Assembly: GCA_030704615.1 (NCBI GenBank)
Contig: CM060734.1
Span: 59,582,001 to 59,646,000 of the forward strand
Source: Takakia lepidozioides
Lineage: Eukaryota; Plantae; Bryophyta
Length of the DNA: 64,000 nucleotides
Reading direction: 5' to 3'
Position numbers and translations under genes: made by a program. The notes beneath the pieces were generated by a model. It saw only the letters and a program-made list of their open reading frames with translations. It searched no databases and was not told where the DNA came from. Of this stretch, positions 35,511 to 50,238 are shown in pieces. The first letter of the stretch is position 1, and every line of letters starts with the position of its first letter.

Positions 35511-38379
35511 TTAAGTCGAGTCAGCTTCAAGTGTTTTCTCCACATCAATTACGAAACGATATTTCACGTCCGATTTATCGAGTCTCTCGATAGCAGTGTT
35601 CACATATGACATGCGAATTTTCTCAATCCTGCACGTAATGTTGTGCTCCCCACAAAAGTCTAGCATTTCCTGCGTCTCCTTGATGCCTCCAATAAGACTG
35701 CCCCCCACAAACCTTCGTCCTGTAACCAGTTCAACTCCTTTCTTGGGTCACTGCGTATCTTATCTCAATGAACATTACAAAGCAAAGATTGACGATTCCC
35801 AGGTACCATAAAGTAATTTCTCTAGAACGGAAATTGCCCACCACCAAACTCATGTGATCGGTGCTGATTTCACCTTGATTTCATTACCCTTAGAACTGCG
35901 ACAGGTCTAGCCTATTGACAATGTCCACAACCAGTCATTCATGTCCCCAGAAGACCACCCAATATATTAAGATATCAACATTGCAGTGTGCAAGTCTGGC
36001 ATGACAACCATAAAACAGTGCAAAGAACATTGCTGAAAAAGGACTATGATGCATTTCAAGCACAAAGCACCTATCCTTGTACTGTTGAAAAACAAGATTA
36101 CAACTTCAAGGGGTTACGCGGCTTCAGGATTTACCAAAGACGAGAGAACCAGGTGTAACTTGAAGAGGCTGCTGGGGTAAACCGACCAGAACAAGCTTGC
36201 CATTCGTTCTTAGGAGAGGAAGGTACAAATCCAGTGAGTGTTGATATGACGCAGTATCAATTATGTAGTCAATGGTTCCAGCTGCAGCCTGCCAACATTC
36301 AACAGCTCCTCATCAGTGCGAAAGTCTAATAATTAATATGACAATCCTCCTGCTGTAGTACAGGTGTAGTACTTTTTATCTCAATGTTTGACGACCTTGC
36401 TACCTGTAGTGCTTGATTCACAGTGAACAAAGCCCTGGGTTCGGCTATGCGAAGCCTTGTCACGTACTCGTCAATCTATAATATAAAAAATCACCTGGTA
36501 TCCACAGAAGTTTCTGCACCTTCATTTTCTCCTCATCTTTGCTGTCGATAAAGTGATCTGCTCCCAAGGACGCCAGAGCCTCCTCCTCTTTGTTGGGAGA
36601 GGTGCTGAAGACTGTCACCGTCATTCCCAAAGCTTTTGCAAACAGCACAGCCATATGGCCCAGGCCACCCAAGCCTATCACGCCAAAGTTTTTTCCCTTC
36701 TCATCCATACCAAAATACTTCATGGGGCTCCACACAGTAATACCTGCACACAGCAATGGTGCAGCTCCATCCTTTGCCAAGTTCTCTGGGATTCGTAGCA
36801 GATAGCTGGCCCACCCCCACGTGCACCTTTGTCATTCACTTTAGAGCACATTACAAGTTACCTCCTCATAAACGTCTCCAACCTCAATTTACATCCAAAA
36901 ACAAGAAATTACAAAGATTACCATTGGCCAGCAGCAACATTAAGCGCATAAGGAGGAGTTTCCAAAACAAACGGACCTCGTGACCAAGCAACCATTGGGC
37001 AATCAGCAAACGACCAGCAATGTCCACGGGCACAGACATCTTACTGTTGATTAGCAACCATAACCCCAGAGTAGCCACCCTGTGTGCGGGTTCCATCACT
37101 GTCGTTGTCGTTGTAAGTCCACACCATCTTCGGACAGTACTGCTCTAGACCTAGTTCGCACGAATAGCAGCTCCTGCAGGAGCGAGATATGCAGCCAACT
37201 CCCACTGTCTCACCAACCTTAAAACGGACCACCTTGGCACCTACTTCTGTCACCACCCCCACTATCTCATGCCTGCACCCATTCCATATACCGTGGTAAG
37301 ACTTCATACATGTCTCATTTTCGATATCAAAGCATTACATCTCTTCACCAAATTATCAAACTCCATTTTTTGCCTCGAGCTATTCTAGCAGATCAAACAT
37401 GATTGCAAGGCCCTACGAAGAGTAATCAAGATTCTTCTTTGGACCAGTTGGAGCTTTCATTTCATTGCATCATGATACTTCTGGGAGCCCTCGTTGCTCT
37501 CACATCAACATCCGACTGTTGGGAGCTCTCGTTCCAACTTTAAAATCAAGCAAATACTTCCCTGATAACATTCTGAAGCAGTTCCATAGATAGGGCGTTT
37601 CAGTGTATTGCTGGAATTATATTATACATGTCATGGACACATATGCGTGTGCTTACTTCACATGTGCATTACTCACCCGGGAACCAGGGGATAGACTGAA
37701 TTATTCCACTCGTTGCGAATACTGTGCAGATCGGAGTGGCAAATGCCACAGTACAAGATCTTGAATCTGACATCCTCAGGACCTGTTGCCCTGCATATGA
37801 ACCACACCATTAGCCACTGCGAGATTCAAACGGACAAACCATAAAAAGCTTGCTGACACTTGGAAATTTCTAGCTCCTTTCTAGACAGTTAAACTCCACA
37901 ATATTCTCCCTGAGAATCCCCATCATCAACTCTCCAGGACGCAGTTCTAAGTGTCTCTGGCTTTGGACCCACTCTCATTGGCAGGTCCCTTAAGAAATCA
38001 AATGCTCACGAAGGTGTTTTGATCTGATTCACTTCAATTTGTTTAGTACGTTGTACTCCTACATATGAGGTACATATATATCATGTGCAACATGTGTCGT
38101 TGTCACATCGTGGATCAACTACAGGTTGATGCGCAACGTGTCCTATCTTGCTGAAAACCACCACTAGCAGTATAATGTACACCTGCATCTGTACTAACTG
38201 TCTAAATTTCTGATTTTGTTTTGTCTAGAATGCAGAGTAGTGAGCTGATAGCCTGACTCAAGAACGACCAAGATGTTTAATGCGGGGACTACACACCTGC
38301 GTGGGAATTTGATGGGAGACAGGATGCCCGATGGATCCCGTGCAGCCCAGCCAATCACATTCTCAGGAGCATCCCCCAT
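35511..38379 (-). CDS. CAD: Cinnamyl alcohol dehydrogenase family, six exons: 38379-38297, 37790-37677, 37272-37045, 36805-36520, 36288-36135, 35719-35511
   Basis: GT-AG introns give a continuous frame with [17 protein letters not shown], structural Zn CRSCYSC...[19 protein letters not shown] and DVKYRFVID; TATA-like CTATATAAG at ~38497-38505. Confidence 0.95.
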
Positions 38380-40750
38380 CGACCTTATAGAAAAATAAGA
38401 CTGGGACCTGTAATAACGCTTTGTGAATACCCTTGGAACCACAACAAGCTAGACTGTGTAATAAAACAACCAACTCTGTGGTTCACCCATGAGCCTCTTA
38501 TATAGTTCTAGCTAGGAGTAAATTGGCCTATATTCCGGTGTGAGACACGTTGATATCGGTCAAAGTACTTCAATGAGAACAGATTGGGAGGTCGAGGGTA
38601 CCAGTTGTACAATTTTGTAGACCGCCGTTTCTTCCCACCAGAGGCTCTCTAGAGAAATTGCCAAGATTTCTGAGGCGGACTGCAGGAGCTTAAGCTAAGG
38701 GATTCTGAGTGCTTTTAGTACAGACTTCAGACAAGCTCTGGATAAAGAAGACTCAGAATATTTGGTCATAGTAACCATATCACTCGAGAGCGATGACATC
38801 CAATTTACTCAATACTCCGATGACTCTTGCAGGCCGCTCGTCGTCGACAGTAAACAACCAGGTCATCTCAACTGACCAAGACATCCGTCAGATACATGTA
38901 CAGTATGCTTGCCGATTGTAAGTCCTCCATCACTTGCAAGTTAGCAATCGACGTCGGGAAGTTTGCTCCACGCTGCTCTTAAAGCAACGAGTGCAAGAGA
39001 TCTGCGATGTTCGCAATGCAGTTCAGCAGACCTAATCTGCTCGGCGGCGGTGTGCGGAGGAACACTAGCGCGCTACCTGAATCTGCTCACCTCAAATTAT
39101 ATGTACCCGCGCTCGGTTGCAGTAGTTACAAAGCTCTCGAGAAATATTTGATCAGAAGGCAGAAGCTCACGCGCGCGAGCTCAGCACCTGCTCCGTTGTC
39201 CTCTCGGGATTCTGATTTGCTGTGCGAGGACGCTGAACAGCGATGGAAAGGTACAGACGAAAGTGCAGAAAAGTAAGATACAGAGAGAGTATTGCAGAGG
39301 AGCGGGATGGTGGTGAGCAGGTGCCGTAGTACCAAACCTACCCCCTTAGCCTGCACCACACTTCCCTGTCCTCCGATCCGCGCCAATACTGCCATCGCAA
39401 TCCACGCGTCCCACAGCAGGCCCCACGGCCTTAGCGCGCTGAGCATCTTCAGTCTGCCACCCTCGTTCCCTGTTCCCAGGACCCAATCTATGTCTGATAA
39501 TGAGTCTTTAAATAGTAAATTATATGCCTACATTTCCAAAACCTGGGAGGGACAGCTCATAATGCACACGTGCGACCGGTATGCCGTTCCAGCATGTCAA
39601 ATCTTCCCCACCATCTCTTGAAAGTGGAGTGTAAACTCCAATTGGGGTTACATAGGAGTGTAACGCCACTTGGGGTTATACTGGTTACAAGACTGGGTGT
39701 GTAACTCCACTCAAGGTTACACTGAATGAAGTGTAACTCCACTCAATGTAACTCACACTTGGTCTCCAAATTTGACTACTTAATTCCAAATTTGGCCAAG
39801 AAGAGTTAACACATGACACCAGGGTTACATGGGGTTATATAGGCTTGGGTTGCCAATACGCCGAAGTTACAATACAACAACCTCCCATCAAGAATTGAAC
39901 CAGTGTTGTGCTGGTCCGGGTTTTGAAGGCGGGTACCCGGCGGGTTAGGATCCCGGTTACCCGGTTAAAGGGAGCTGTCGTGCGCATACGTATCGCTACA
40001 CAACTACATCGCTGTCCAAACTACACCACACATATATGCACAATAAAGTAGTTTGTCACAATAAATTAAAACTCACACTGTTGACACAGAAACACGAAAT
40101 ACAACCCAATCACTCGTTAAAATAGTCGAGTCGGGGGCACCTCAAGCTATGGGGACTCCACCCCACAACATCCTATTCTCCCTTCATAAGTACACTCAGA
40201 TTCTAAGCAGTGAAGGAGCTCGGTCGTGCAGGCTCAACTCGAGAGAGATGAGCCGCACGACTGACGCGCTCGTGAAGATAAGATGGTTCAGGTGTCAAAG
40301 TAAACTTGATACCTGACTTAACACTTGAACTAAATCCAAGTGTTACATACAAATATCTAGATTTATTCTAGTTAGTTTCACACTGTGTTTATTTAACTTG
40401 ACAGCTGTCGTGCACATACATATCGCTACACAACTACATCGCTGTTCAAACTACACCACACATATATGCACAATAAAGTAGTCTACCACAATCGCCCCCC
40501 TAGCTAGTGGATAGGTCCCTCTAACTCCAGATAGCTACAAGATGTAATAGCCACAGCCGTACTAAGTCCTCTAACACTGTCCCTATTGTACTCAAACTCT
40601 ATAGACCAAGAGGCCGGGTACAAGAGTAGCCCTATCGTTAGTCGTCGTCTTGCAATCTGTAAACTTGAGCCAGGATCTTGTATGTTCAAGGTCTCCTAGT
40701 AGCTTGGCCTTGCATTTCTTGTTAGCCTTCCATGGTTGTATCCACTCCCA

Positions 40751-43110
40751 CTATCCAATGCAATGTGGACATAACCAATCCCCATCAGGAACCATCTCAA
40801 GAGGTGGAGTCAAGCATCCCATATGCCAACCTCTAGACCATCGATGACACACCAGCATGGTGGCTGCCCCTCTAGCAGACCCACACAACATGCACCTCAA
40901 ACTTGCAGGTACCACTGCCAAGTTTGGGTCAATCATGCCATCGACATTTGGAGGTGATATGGCGCACAATTACGCACATGGTCCTTCCAAGTTATGCCAT
41001 CCCGACCCTCCAAGATCAAGACGCCTGAGGGCAATACCTCTCGAACCCTCAAAATAATACATCCTGCAGTCACATCCAAGGTCGTAGGAGCAGTCTGCTG
41101 CAGATAGACATAGTCACCAGGGTTAAATCTCCGAACCCAGGACGATAGCCCCCACCATGTATGGTAGCATAACTCAACGTATCACGATGTTGTGCAATGA
41201 CAAGGTTTTCGAAAACCATGGGCATGACTTTCTTGAACATTTATGCACGCTGATCACATGCACGTGCCCACACGTCCGGATTGTCAAGGTTAAGAACTGT
41301 AGCAGCTTCTCTACAAATGGATGTAGGCAAATCCGGCTCTCGGCCAAAGAGAGAAGGAGGCAAGTAATGCTTGCTTGCTGAACCTGTAGCCCATGGCTAA
41401 CCAAGGTAACTGAAGGTCTCAATCTCTTAGGTGTCCCTTCTGCAAGCCATACTTGTGCAAACCCCTCTTTACTGTCTGAACAACCCTCTCTGCCAAGCCA
41501 TTGGCCTCAGGATGATCCCGAGAAGTGGTGCGGTGGTCTACCAAGGCATTGTCACACAAAGCCTGAAACTCCCCCAAGAACTCTCTTCCTTGGTCCCTGA
41601 GTACCTCAGCTGGAGCACCGAATCGGCTAAGTACACAATCCAATAATGCATACGCAGCTCCCTCACTAGCCTTATCAGGCAATGGAACCAACTCGATCCA
41701 CTTGGAGAAGTGCTCCACCATCACCAACACGTACTTGTTGTGGCGCATGGTCAGTAGCAACGGCCCTGCGAAGTCAAAACTCCATCTGTAGCCCAATCCC
41801 ATGATCGGAAGAGGGTACAATTGTGGAGTAGGGGCGTTGAATGAAGCACGCACCCTATCACACGCCATGCACCTAGCCACAAATTGTTGCACCTCTGTGT
41901 GCATACCACGCCACCAATACTGCCCCTGCAGTAGACTATAAGTGCGTCGCACCCCAAAATGTCCCAACTCCTCATGGGCATGTCGCACTAACTGTGCCCG
42001 CTATGTTGGGTGAGGCACAATCCGCACTTGACCGTCATCTCACACTCGGAGCAGGTGTGTCCCCTCCCACTTGAACCTATTGGCTCGTTGTAGGATCCGA
42101 TCCCTCTCCTTGGCAGTCACAGTGGCTGTCGTGTCTCCAGTGCGGAGATAGTCCAACACAACTGAATCCTCATGTATATCTTTGGCGCCACCTTGCTTAT
42201 TGTTGGCCTCAGGGTCCTCAGACACTTGATCTACAGTCACCCTTGTTGCAGGTCCAATCTGGCCTTCCGCTGCCAAGATACACAGAAATGCAGATGCATG
42301 TCATCCGGGCACCATCTCCTCGTCCGTCTCACCATGCCACCAAGCTCCAGTGTCATCCTGCTGGCTCGTGCATGGATTGCGACTCAACCCATCTACATCT
42401 CGATTGACCAAACCCGGTCGATGCACAACCTGAAAGTCATACTCTTGAAGTATGAGTGCCCACCGTGCAAGCTTCCCCGTAAGCTTGTCTGACTCCATCA
42501 ACCACTTAAGTGGTTGGTGATCCGTGACAAGGGTGAAGAGATTGCCGTATAGATAGCACTTGAAGTGTGCCACGGCCCACACTGCAGCTAAGCATTCTCC
42601 CACGGGGAATCATAGGTAATCTTGTGCTTGAAATCTGGCCCTCTTGGATGAATTTGGACCCACACTCAAAGTGCTAAAGATTTTGGCATGCCCAATGGCA
42701 TCAAAGATCTCCTCTGGTGTCGGCATGGAATACCTATTGGACTTGGTCTGACGATTTACAGGCTAGTAATCACCGCACATACGTCTCTCCGTCCAATTGC
42801 CATAGACATCCTTCTTGGCTGGCATCACTGTGGCTGAAGCATACTCTCCCCCAGATAGCTCCACCAAACCAGCCTCCCAAAGGTCCTGAGTTCTCATCTG
42901 AATCAAGGACCTCTCCATGTCACTGTATCTATAGGGTCTTCGAAAGATTGGCGTGTCAACCAATTCAATGCAAATCTCTTGACCCTTCAATGCTCCTAAG
43001 TCCTTCAAACTGAAGACAAAGCAGTTTCTGTAAGCCCTCAAGAACCGCCGTATACGTCGTCTCTCTCCTCCGGTGACTATAGGTCCAACATCAGGCTCCT
43101 CCATGACTGC
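40751..43110 (-). pseudogene. RT/RH (largely deleted), integrase and PHD of copy C
   Basis: ORFs 42763..43104, 42301..42603, 41419..41988, 40751..40969; the RT core including YIDD is missing. Confidence 0.9.
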
Positions 43111-43459
43111 AACCTTGAGTCCAGCAGGCTTAGAGGTAGAAGACGCGTCACGTGGTTGCTATGCTGCAACCTCTTGAGCAGTGACCACTGCCTCCTCCGT
43201 TAGTGACAATGTCTCATCCTGCCCCATCATCCCATCCTTGAGGACCTCCTCAACTCAAGAAAAATCCCCAACCTGATCCATCACCGCCGCCTTGGCTGCC
43301 AACTCCTTCTGAACCTCGAGCACCTCCCACGTGTGCCATGGATGCGGCCTGCATCTTGTGGTCCTCACCTGTTCGCCCCCACTCACTACCTGTACCGTCT
43401 CGGTAGGCAGGGAGACCCTCAAGGGAAGTGTACTCCGTACTCTGCGTTGCTCAACCATA

Positions 43460-44410
43460 GCCAAGCTGATAATCCAGGTCAAGCAATTGAGGTCCATTGC
43501 TTGCCCCAACACCTGGCGACGTGATGCCTCAGAAAGAGATGGCACCGCCGTGGTACCAGTGGTAAAACCCATTGCCCGCTCGCGCTCGTCAGCATTAGGC
43601 TCCACTAATTGCTGCAACTGGCTATCCCACAAGAGGCCAGGTCCACCATCCCGAAAAGCATGAGATCCTAGAAAGCTGAGCAGTGTAGGCAATGCGGCTC
43701 GTGGGTGACTCGTCTTATTGACCACTGCCAAAGGTGATCGGTCATCGTGTCTTACACGCTGAGACTGTCTCCCTATGTCCAAAATGCTATCCACCGTCAG
43801 GTGTGTGGTGGCCGCTGCACCCCATCAAATGCACACTTGAGCAGTGCAGGTGGCATCAAGTTGGTCCACCATAGTTGTGGGCGATGAGCCCGTGACCCCA
43901 CTGCTGGTGTGTCCAGCAACACTGCTAACCCAAGCCAAGACCGCACTTGATACACACTGGCCATCACCTTGGCTCGAGAATCACCCATCAATGGCACATT
44001 CTCCAAGCTATATGCCGGAGAGTCTGTTTGCTGAAGCTGTAAATAGCGTAGGACCCTCAACATCTCCCAAAACAGGCGTGACCTTGAGTCTTGTAACCCA
44101 TTGTCATGCCTAGTTGATGAATGCCCTTGGCATGGCCAACCTGCCACTACCAAGTGAATAGGGTCAATCCGCTCTAAATGATGCGCCCCCAGCAAAGAGA
44201 TGTCTGCTGGCAATGCTTGTTGGTATCCACGAACTGTAGACACTGGCAACGAAGCAGGGTACTGCTGCACCAACTGAGCAACATGGCGTAGTGAGATGCA
44301 TCGTGCAGTCTCATCCCTCTCCACATACAGGTAACGTCAAACTCGTACACCTGCCTGCAGCATTGCAGCCAATCCAGTGCTGATCCCGCCAAACAAGTCC
44401 CGAAGGCATA
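43460..44410 (-). pseudogene. C5 DNA methyltransferase domain of copy C
   Basis: DLFGGISTG, GWPCQGHS, LENV, AHRPQLWWTNL, ERERAMGF, RRQVLGQAMD; frameshifts present. Confidence 0.92.
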
Positions 44411-46738
44411 TGCCTTCATCCGGGCACTGCCACACAAGAGGTGTGGTGTCCATTGGCGACAACTGAGGTGGTCCTGGTGCAATCACCATATTTTCCTCCT
44501 CTCTTGACGGTACGAAGGCCTCTACCCAGGCTTGTTGCACCCGTCTATCAGCAGTCTGCTGCAAATCCTTGCTCGTACCCCACAATGGAGTGTGAGCAAC
44601 CATGGCAGACAACTCCACCGTACCATGCATATCATCATGCTCTGCTGGAGGTGGCATATCCTTTGCATTGGCATTGCCCTCCAACAACTCTTCAGGCCAA
44701 CTAACTACAGCTGTGAAGGCTGCTAGTGTTGGCATCTTGCCCCGCTGGGCAGCAGCAACACCCCCAATGAATGTCACAGGGAGCTGTACTTGACAACCAT
44801 CCCCTGACTGCCATCCAGGCCTGTAGGATGCCGACTCCTCCCAAAAATCCAGGGTAAAGCCCATAGGATATAACACTGCCCCACCAACGAGGACATCGTA
44901 AGAGACCGCATCTGTCACAATGGCCTTGGCTCGCATCATTGAGCCATCTATAGGATGATTCGGCTGTAGTCTAATGGCCAACTCACGCCGTGTCATGCCC
45001 CGAGCCTGCTCTGATCCTCCCAGAGATGTTTGTATCTGGAAAGGACAAGGCTCCATATCCGCCTCCATGAGGCCCAAACCTGCAATAGCAGCTCTGCCGA
45101 ACATCAGTGGCTGAGCTCCCGAGTCCATCAAGACCCGCAGTGGCTGGTACCTCTTGTCTGCCGGTCCATTCAAAGAGAAAATGTCATCCTGGTTGTCTAA
45201 CAAGACAACTCCAGGTGTCACCATAGCGCGCTCAAAGGCTGGCCTAGCTGGCAGCTCCGTCAACCTGGCAGCTGCAGCTTGCCATGGCGCAGCCGTGGCA
45301 GTCTTGACCCTCAAATCCGAGAATCCCTCTGCCATTACACCCTCCACTAACTCCGCAGAAAATGAAGTGACCTCCCTACTCTCGCACAGTGTTGCTGCTA
45401 GTCTGAACACTGCAGCTGGTCTTACCCCCGGCGTCGCGATCATGGTTGCCGAGAACAGTGGGGCTTGACACACAGAGGTGGCTGCCCCCAACAACACACT
45501 GATTGCACTAGCCTTGGCAGCCGATGCCAGTGCTGCATGTGTAGCTCTCCCCAATGGCACAATAACGGCCTCTGTATCTGTTGGGCGAGAAGTAGGTGCC
45601 ATGGATATCGTCGACACTGTCTCCCCCAAGATGAATGATTGAGGCAACCTAGCCTGACGGCTTGCCTCCCCACGTTGTGGATCTAACTCCACCTCTGCAC
45701 CTCGTGGCTCGGGAACTCGTGTTGCTCCTCGAGTGACTGCTGCAGCAGACTCCACCTGCACTAATGGTAGTGTTGCCCCACACATAAATCCCATGCATTC
45801 CATGTCTCCTCCGTCAGGATGACGCTGCTGAGGAGGAACAGGAGGTGGAACCTCAGGTCTTGGAGCTGGTACCACCTGAGCTGTGGCCATGGCAGCAAGC
45901 CTTTGCTCTAGTTGTTGAAGCCGGTTGGCCATGCCTTGGCCAACGCCCTGACCTCCACGTCCGTGGCCATACTGTGCCTTCCCTCGTCCTACACCTCGTG
46001 CCTGATCACCTCGTCATATCTGAGGTGCTCCACCTCGCCCTCGGCCACCATTGTTCCCTTGGAACTGGCCTTGCCGCAACTCAGGGTGCAAGTCATAACA
46101 CTGGGCATCTCCATGCCCATACTTGCCACAATGCCCACACTGCAACTGTGCAGGCTGTGCTTGTGCCGGCCTTTTGCCACTCTCTGGGCAATCTTTCTTG
46201 ACATGGGGTCCTCCACATGTCCAACATATCACCCCTGGTTGTTGTTGGCTTGCAAAAGATGCTACTGGCCTCTACACCTGAGGTCCTCTGTAAGCTCCAA
46301 GGAATTTGGGTTGGGAAACCTTGCCCCCCTCTGACCACGCTGTTGGGCAGTCCCTTGTGCCTGTTGGCTAGCAGCTGCGCCTCGTGCAGGCATGTCCTTG
46401 CCAAATCCAATGGTAACAACTCGCTCCTCCACCATATTAAGCTCAATCCGCTCAGCCAGTAGAAACACATCTGCTAATGTGGGTTGGGCTGCTTGTAACA
46501 GGGTTGCATCCCGCACCCTTCTCCTAAGCTCCTTGTCCAAAATTCCATACCAGAACTGGATTGCCTGAGCTTCAGTAACCCCTTGGGTCACACTTATCAA
46601 GCGCCTCATACGAGTGTAGGCCTCTCGCAAGCTCTCACTGGATTTGCGCTGGAAGTCTTGCAAACTTCGCAGCTTCTCTGTCCGTACACCTTGGTAGTTC
46701 TTCCGAAACTCCTGGAAGAACTCCACCACCGAGCTGAA

Positions 46739-49700
46739 CACTACAACAGATGAACGTTTTTATGACTGCACATATGACTATTTTTTCAGTCCTATATGCG
46801 TTCATGACTACATCACTCTATAGTGAAAAAAACCCTGTCATAGCGACTAGTCTTTAGGACTGCATTTTGCAAGTCATAGCCGTGATGTAGTTACAACTCT
46901 ATGACTTACATACGACTAACTATATGACTACATTGTCTGATGAGCGTTGCCTACATGGAGAGGCTTTAGAGGAACACATGCACCACTACGCAAGCGACAC
47001 ATCACGACACCTGTTGCACTTCAGATGTGACATGTGGCACTTAGACATAATATATGACTAGCATATATGACAGGGTTTATGCCACGTGTCATCAAGAATG
47101 TCTCTGAAAATAATTTAATAGTTATATTTGTAATTTTAAATTCTTAAATGTATATTTTATTTTTGAAAACAGGGGGATAACAGCTTGGAATTTTTTATTA
47201 AATGGTATTAATGTTTAATTTAATAATGTTATATAAAATAAAAATAGATTAAATGATTTAAATTCTTCATTATATGGTGAAATTCTGATATAAAAACAAA
47301 ATGGACCCCCCTTGCATACTAGCAACCACAAGGACATTCAAAATAGACAAGTACAGGGAAATACATGCCCTGTAAATTATATTACAAAAATCCAAGTGAG
47401 ACCAATGTCCCAATGGACACCTCAAAGGCCACAAGGTCCAAAAATCCATGCCTGAAAAGGTCCAGTAAGCAAAAAATAAGCAAGCCCACACATGGCTGAA
47501 TTGTTGTAATACTAGTTTGTTCTGGTGCTACTAGAATCAAGGACCCTGTTAAACAGTGCAATACTTACGGCCGATTTGATAAGAGGGAAAAAAAAGGGTG
47601 AAATGTGTTGAAGAAGGTGCCTTGATTAACAGTGCCTGATTTGATCAATTGTGCCACTGTTGCTGCGGCTTCCAGTTGACCATCTACCCATGTAGGTTTC
47701 TTGTACCTATCCTTCCACAGGGAATCATAGGTAATATGGAGCTTGAAATCCGGCCCTCTTGGATGAATGTGGACCCACACATCTATCCCTGCTCCTTCAG
47801 CTATCCATGCCCTTGCACAAATCATGCATATATCCTCGCCTTGCTGCTAGCAGCTGACAATGACAGCCAAGTTCTATGACCCAAACCCAGAGTGAGCACA
47901 ATGGCTTTGTAAGGCCAATGCTACAGGGCATATTCAATACTACAATGAGGATACGCAAGCAGCAGATACCATGTGCAAATAAAAAAACAACAAAGGTGGT
48001 GAAGGTGCGCAACCTGCCAAAGAGAGGGCGGAGTTGAGGAAGGATGAAGCAACTACAGACATTGCAAAATGCTCTGATGCGGGCAGAAGGGAAGACCCAG
48101 GCCCTGTCGGGGTTCAGCTGGCAAAAGAACAAGCTGCTGACAGCAACAACATGGAAGCAGAGTGGATACAAGTTGATTTTGACAAACCTGAGTCCATCAG
48201 ACAAGGCATTAGAAGGCCCAAACAAAGAACACTGTCTAAAATCTGTTATAACATGGGACACAGTCATCAAACACTAACCCAACATGGGTCTTGGCAAACT
48301 TTCAGCAAAGCTGAAACAATCACAGAAGCAAAAAAAAGGGCAAGACCTCAAGGAAAGATGTATGGAGTACCTTTTGCAGTGATCAATGAGTACGTGGAAG
48401 GAGGAGAAGCTTACCCATTGTCAAGCACGGAGTACATGATGCAACCAACAGCACAAGTATTATGTCAGTTCACTCATAATGAGCTGAAGGCACTGGATGA
48501 GTTGGACGAGATATACCATATAAGTGATCACACTCCAATAAGACTACAACAACACCCCACATCAACATGTTGACACATGGAAGTGCAAAGAAGGCCAAAA
48601 TAGGGGATGGGATGCCTATTATGTAGAAATCCAGCCAAGACATCAAGGATTTAGGGCAAAAACATGGATTTGGTGAAGAAGAATGCATTGGCATGGACAA
48701 CATCTACAGCTCAGCAGGGTTTGAGTGCCAACCAGAGATATTCATGGGAGAGGGTGACAAAAGCGAGGAAGAAGCCAAAACACAAAGCCTTGACGCATTC
48801 ACTGAAGACTGGGCAGACAAACAGATAAGAGAAGACAGTTCGCAAGAAACGGATAAGAGGGAAAAACAGGGTGAAATGTGCTGAAGGAGGTGCCTTCAGT
48901 AGACGTGCCTGACCTTATCAATCGTGCCGCTGCTGCTACCGCTTCCAGTTGACCATCTACCCATGTAGGTTTCTTGTAGCTATCCTTCCACAAGGAATCA
49001 TAGGTAATGTGGAGCTTGAAATCCAGCCCTCTTGGATGAATCTGGACCCACACTCTATCCCTGCTCTTTCAGCTATCCATGCCTCTGACAACCTAGAATT
49101 CTACCAGCAAACACCCCAACCATACTGGTGTGGAGTTCTTCCCCAAAACACCCCAACCCTACTTATCACAATCTGAAATGCATCTGCTTCTCTCTGTAGT
49201 CCAACAGGCATTCGCCTTTTTATCTCCATTGTCCCACCATTGACTGGGGTCGGAAAGTGTTCACCCCAAAGCTTCTCCTCACCTCTATTATATGTTTTTG
49301 GATACTTCCATGCTGCCACACTGGCAGTAACTTGCCAAAGTCACTCCAAACCACCACACATCTACCCAACGACCTAACTTACAAAATTCAATATGCATCT
49401 TGCGGCCGAGTCTGATGAGAGGGCAACACAGGCTGAAATAGGTTGAAGAAGAAGGTACCCTACCACATTGTCCTTGACCTGTCCTGACCCATGGAGGATT
49501 TGACCGACCATCAACCTAAAAGGACCTCTTGTGTGTGCTGCTTGTGTCTGTAGTCAGGTAATGTCGGATTGGTCTGTGAGATCGAACCACTACGGCGTAG
49601 CTGAGTAGTCAGAGATTGAAACACGCATTCTAAGACCAAGCTGACTCTCCCAAGAACGGCGAGCTCGCTTCTCCTCGTCTCGTCTCCTCCTCCTCTTCTC

Positions 49701-50238
49701 ATTCGTGCATCATTTGCTCAACGCCTCCATCCACGCCCCTGCATATCCTGCTATCATCGCGTTCCATCCCTCGGCTATGTGGTGTGGCGCAGGAGACAAA
49801 AAAACGCCAAGTCCCAGCCCTCCTTTCTGTTCACGATTACCCTAATGGGCAACCTTATTAGCAATTTTTTAAATTTTTTAAACCTAATGGACAACCTTAT
49901 TTGCATTATATGTGCCTTCAAAATGACACGTGTAGTGATGTAGTCGTATAAATAGAGCTGTGAAACCATCTTCAGTCATGGAGTCATAAGATTCCATGAA
50001 ACGTCGTCTACGTGTAGTAAAACATATCACACTAGTCATATAAACCATCCCTGTCATCATGGTCAACAATGTTTGACCAATGCTCCCTAACTTTCCGGAG
50101 TCATGTAGTGATATCCATTACTACAAAGTCATAAAACTATGACTGCAATGCATTTCAGCGCTCTGTAGTCATCTACCTAATGCAGTTTTTATGACTCCGC
50201 CAAAGCCGTAGTCCTAAAAACGCTCATCTCTTGTAGTG
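46739..50238. mobile_element. Non-autonomous CACTA element inserted in gag of copy C
   Basis: TIRs CACTACAACAGATGAACGTTTTTATGACT / AGTCCTAAAAACGCTCATCTCTTGTAGTG, 3-bp TSD GAA, subterminal ATGACTAC/GTAGTCAT repeats; the empty site TTGAATCTAGG is seen at ~15662. Confidence 0.95.

Noticed and set aside
39620-39975. GTGTAACTCCAC repeats and a CAGTGTT hAT-like end
   Set aside because: Probably MITE subterminal repeats, but paired termini could not be located; no repeat-spacer (CRISPR) structure.
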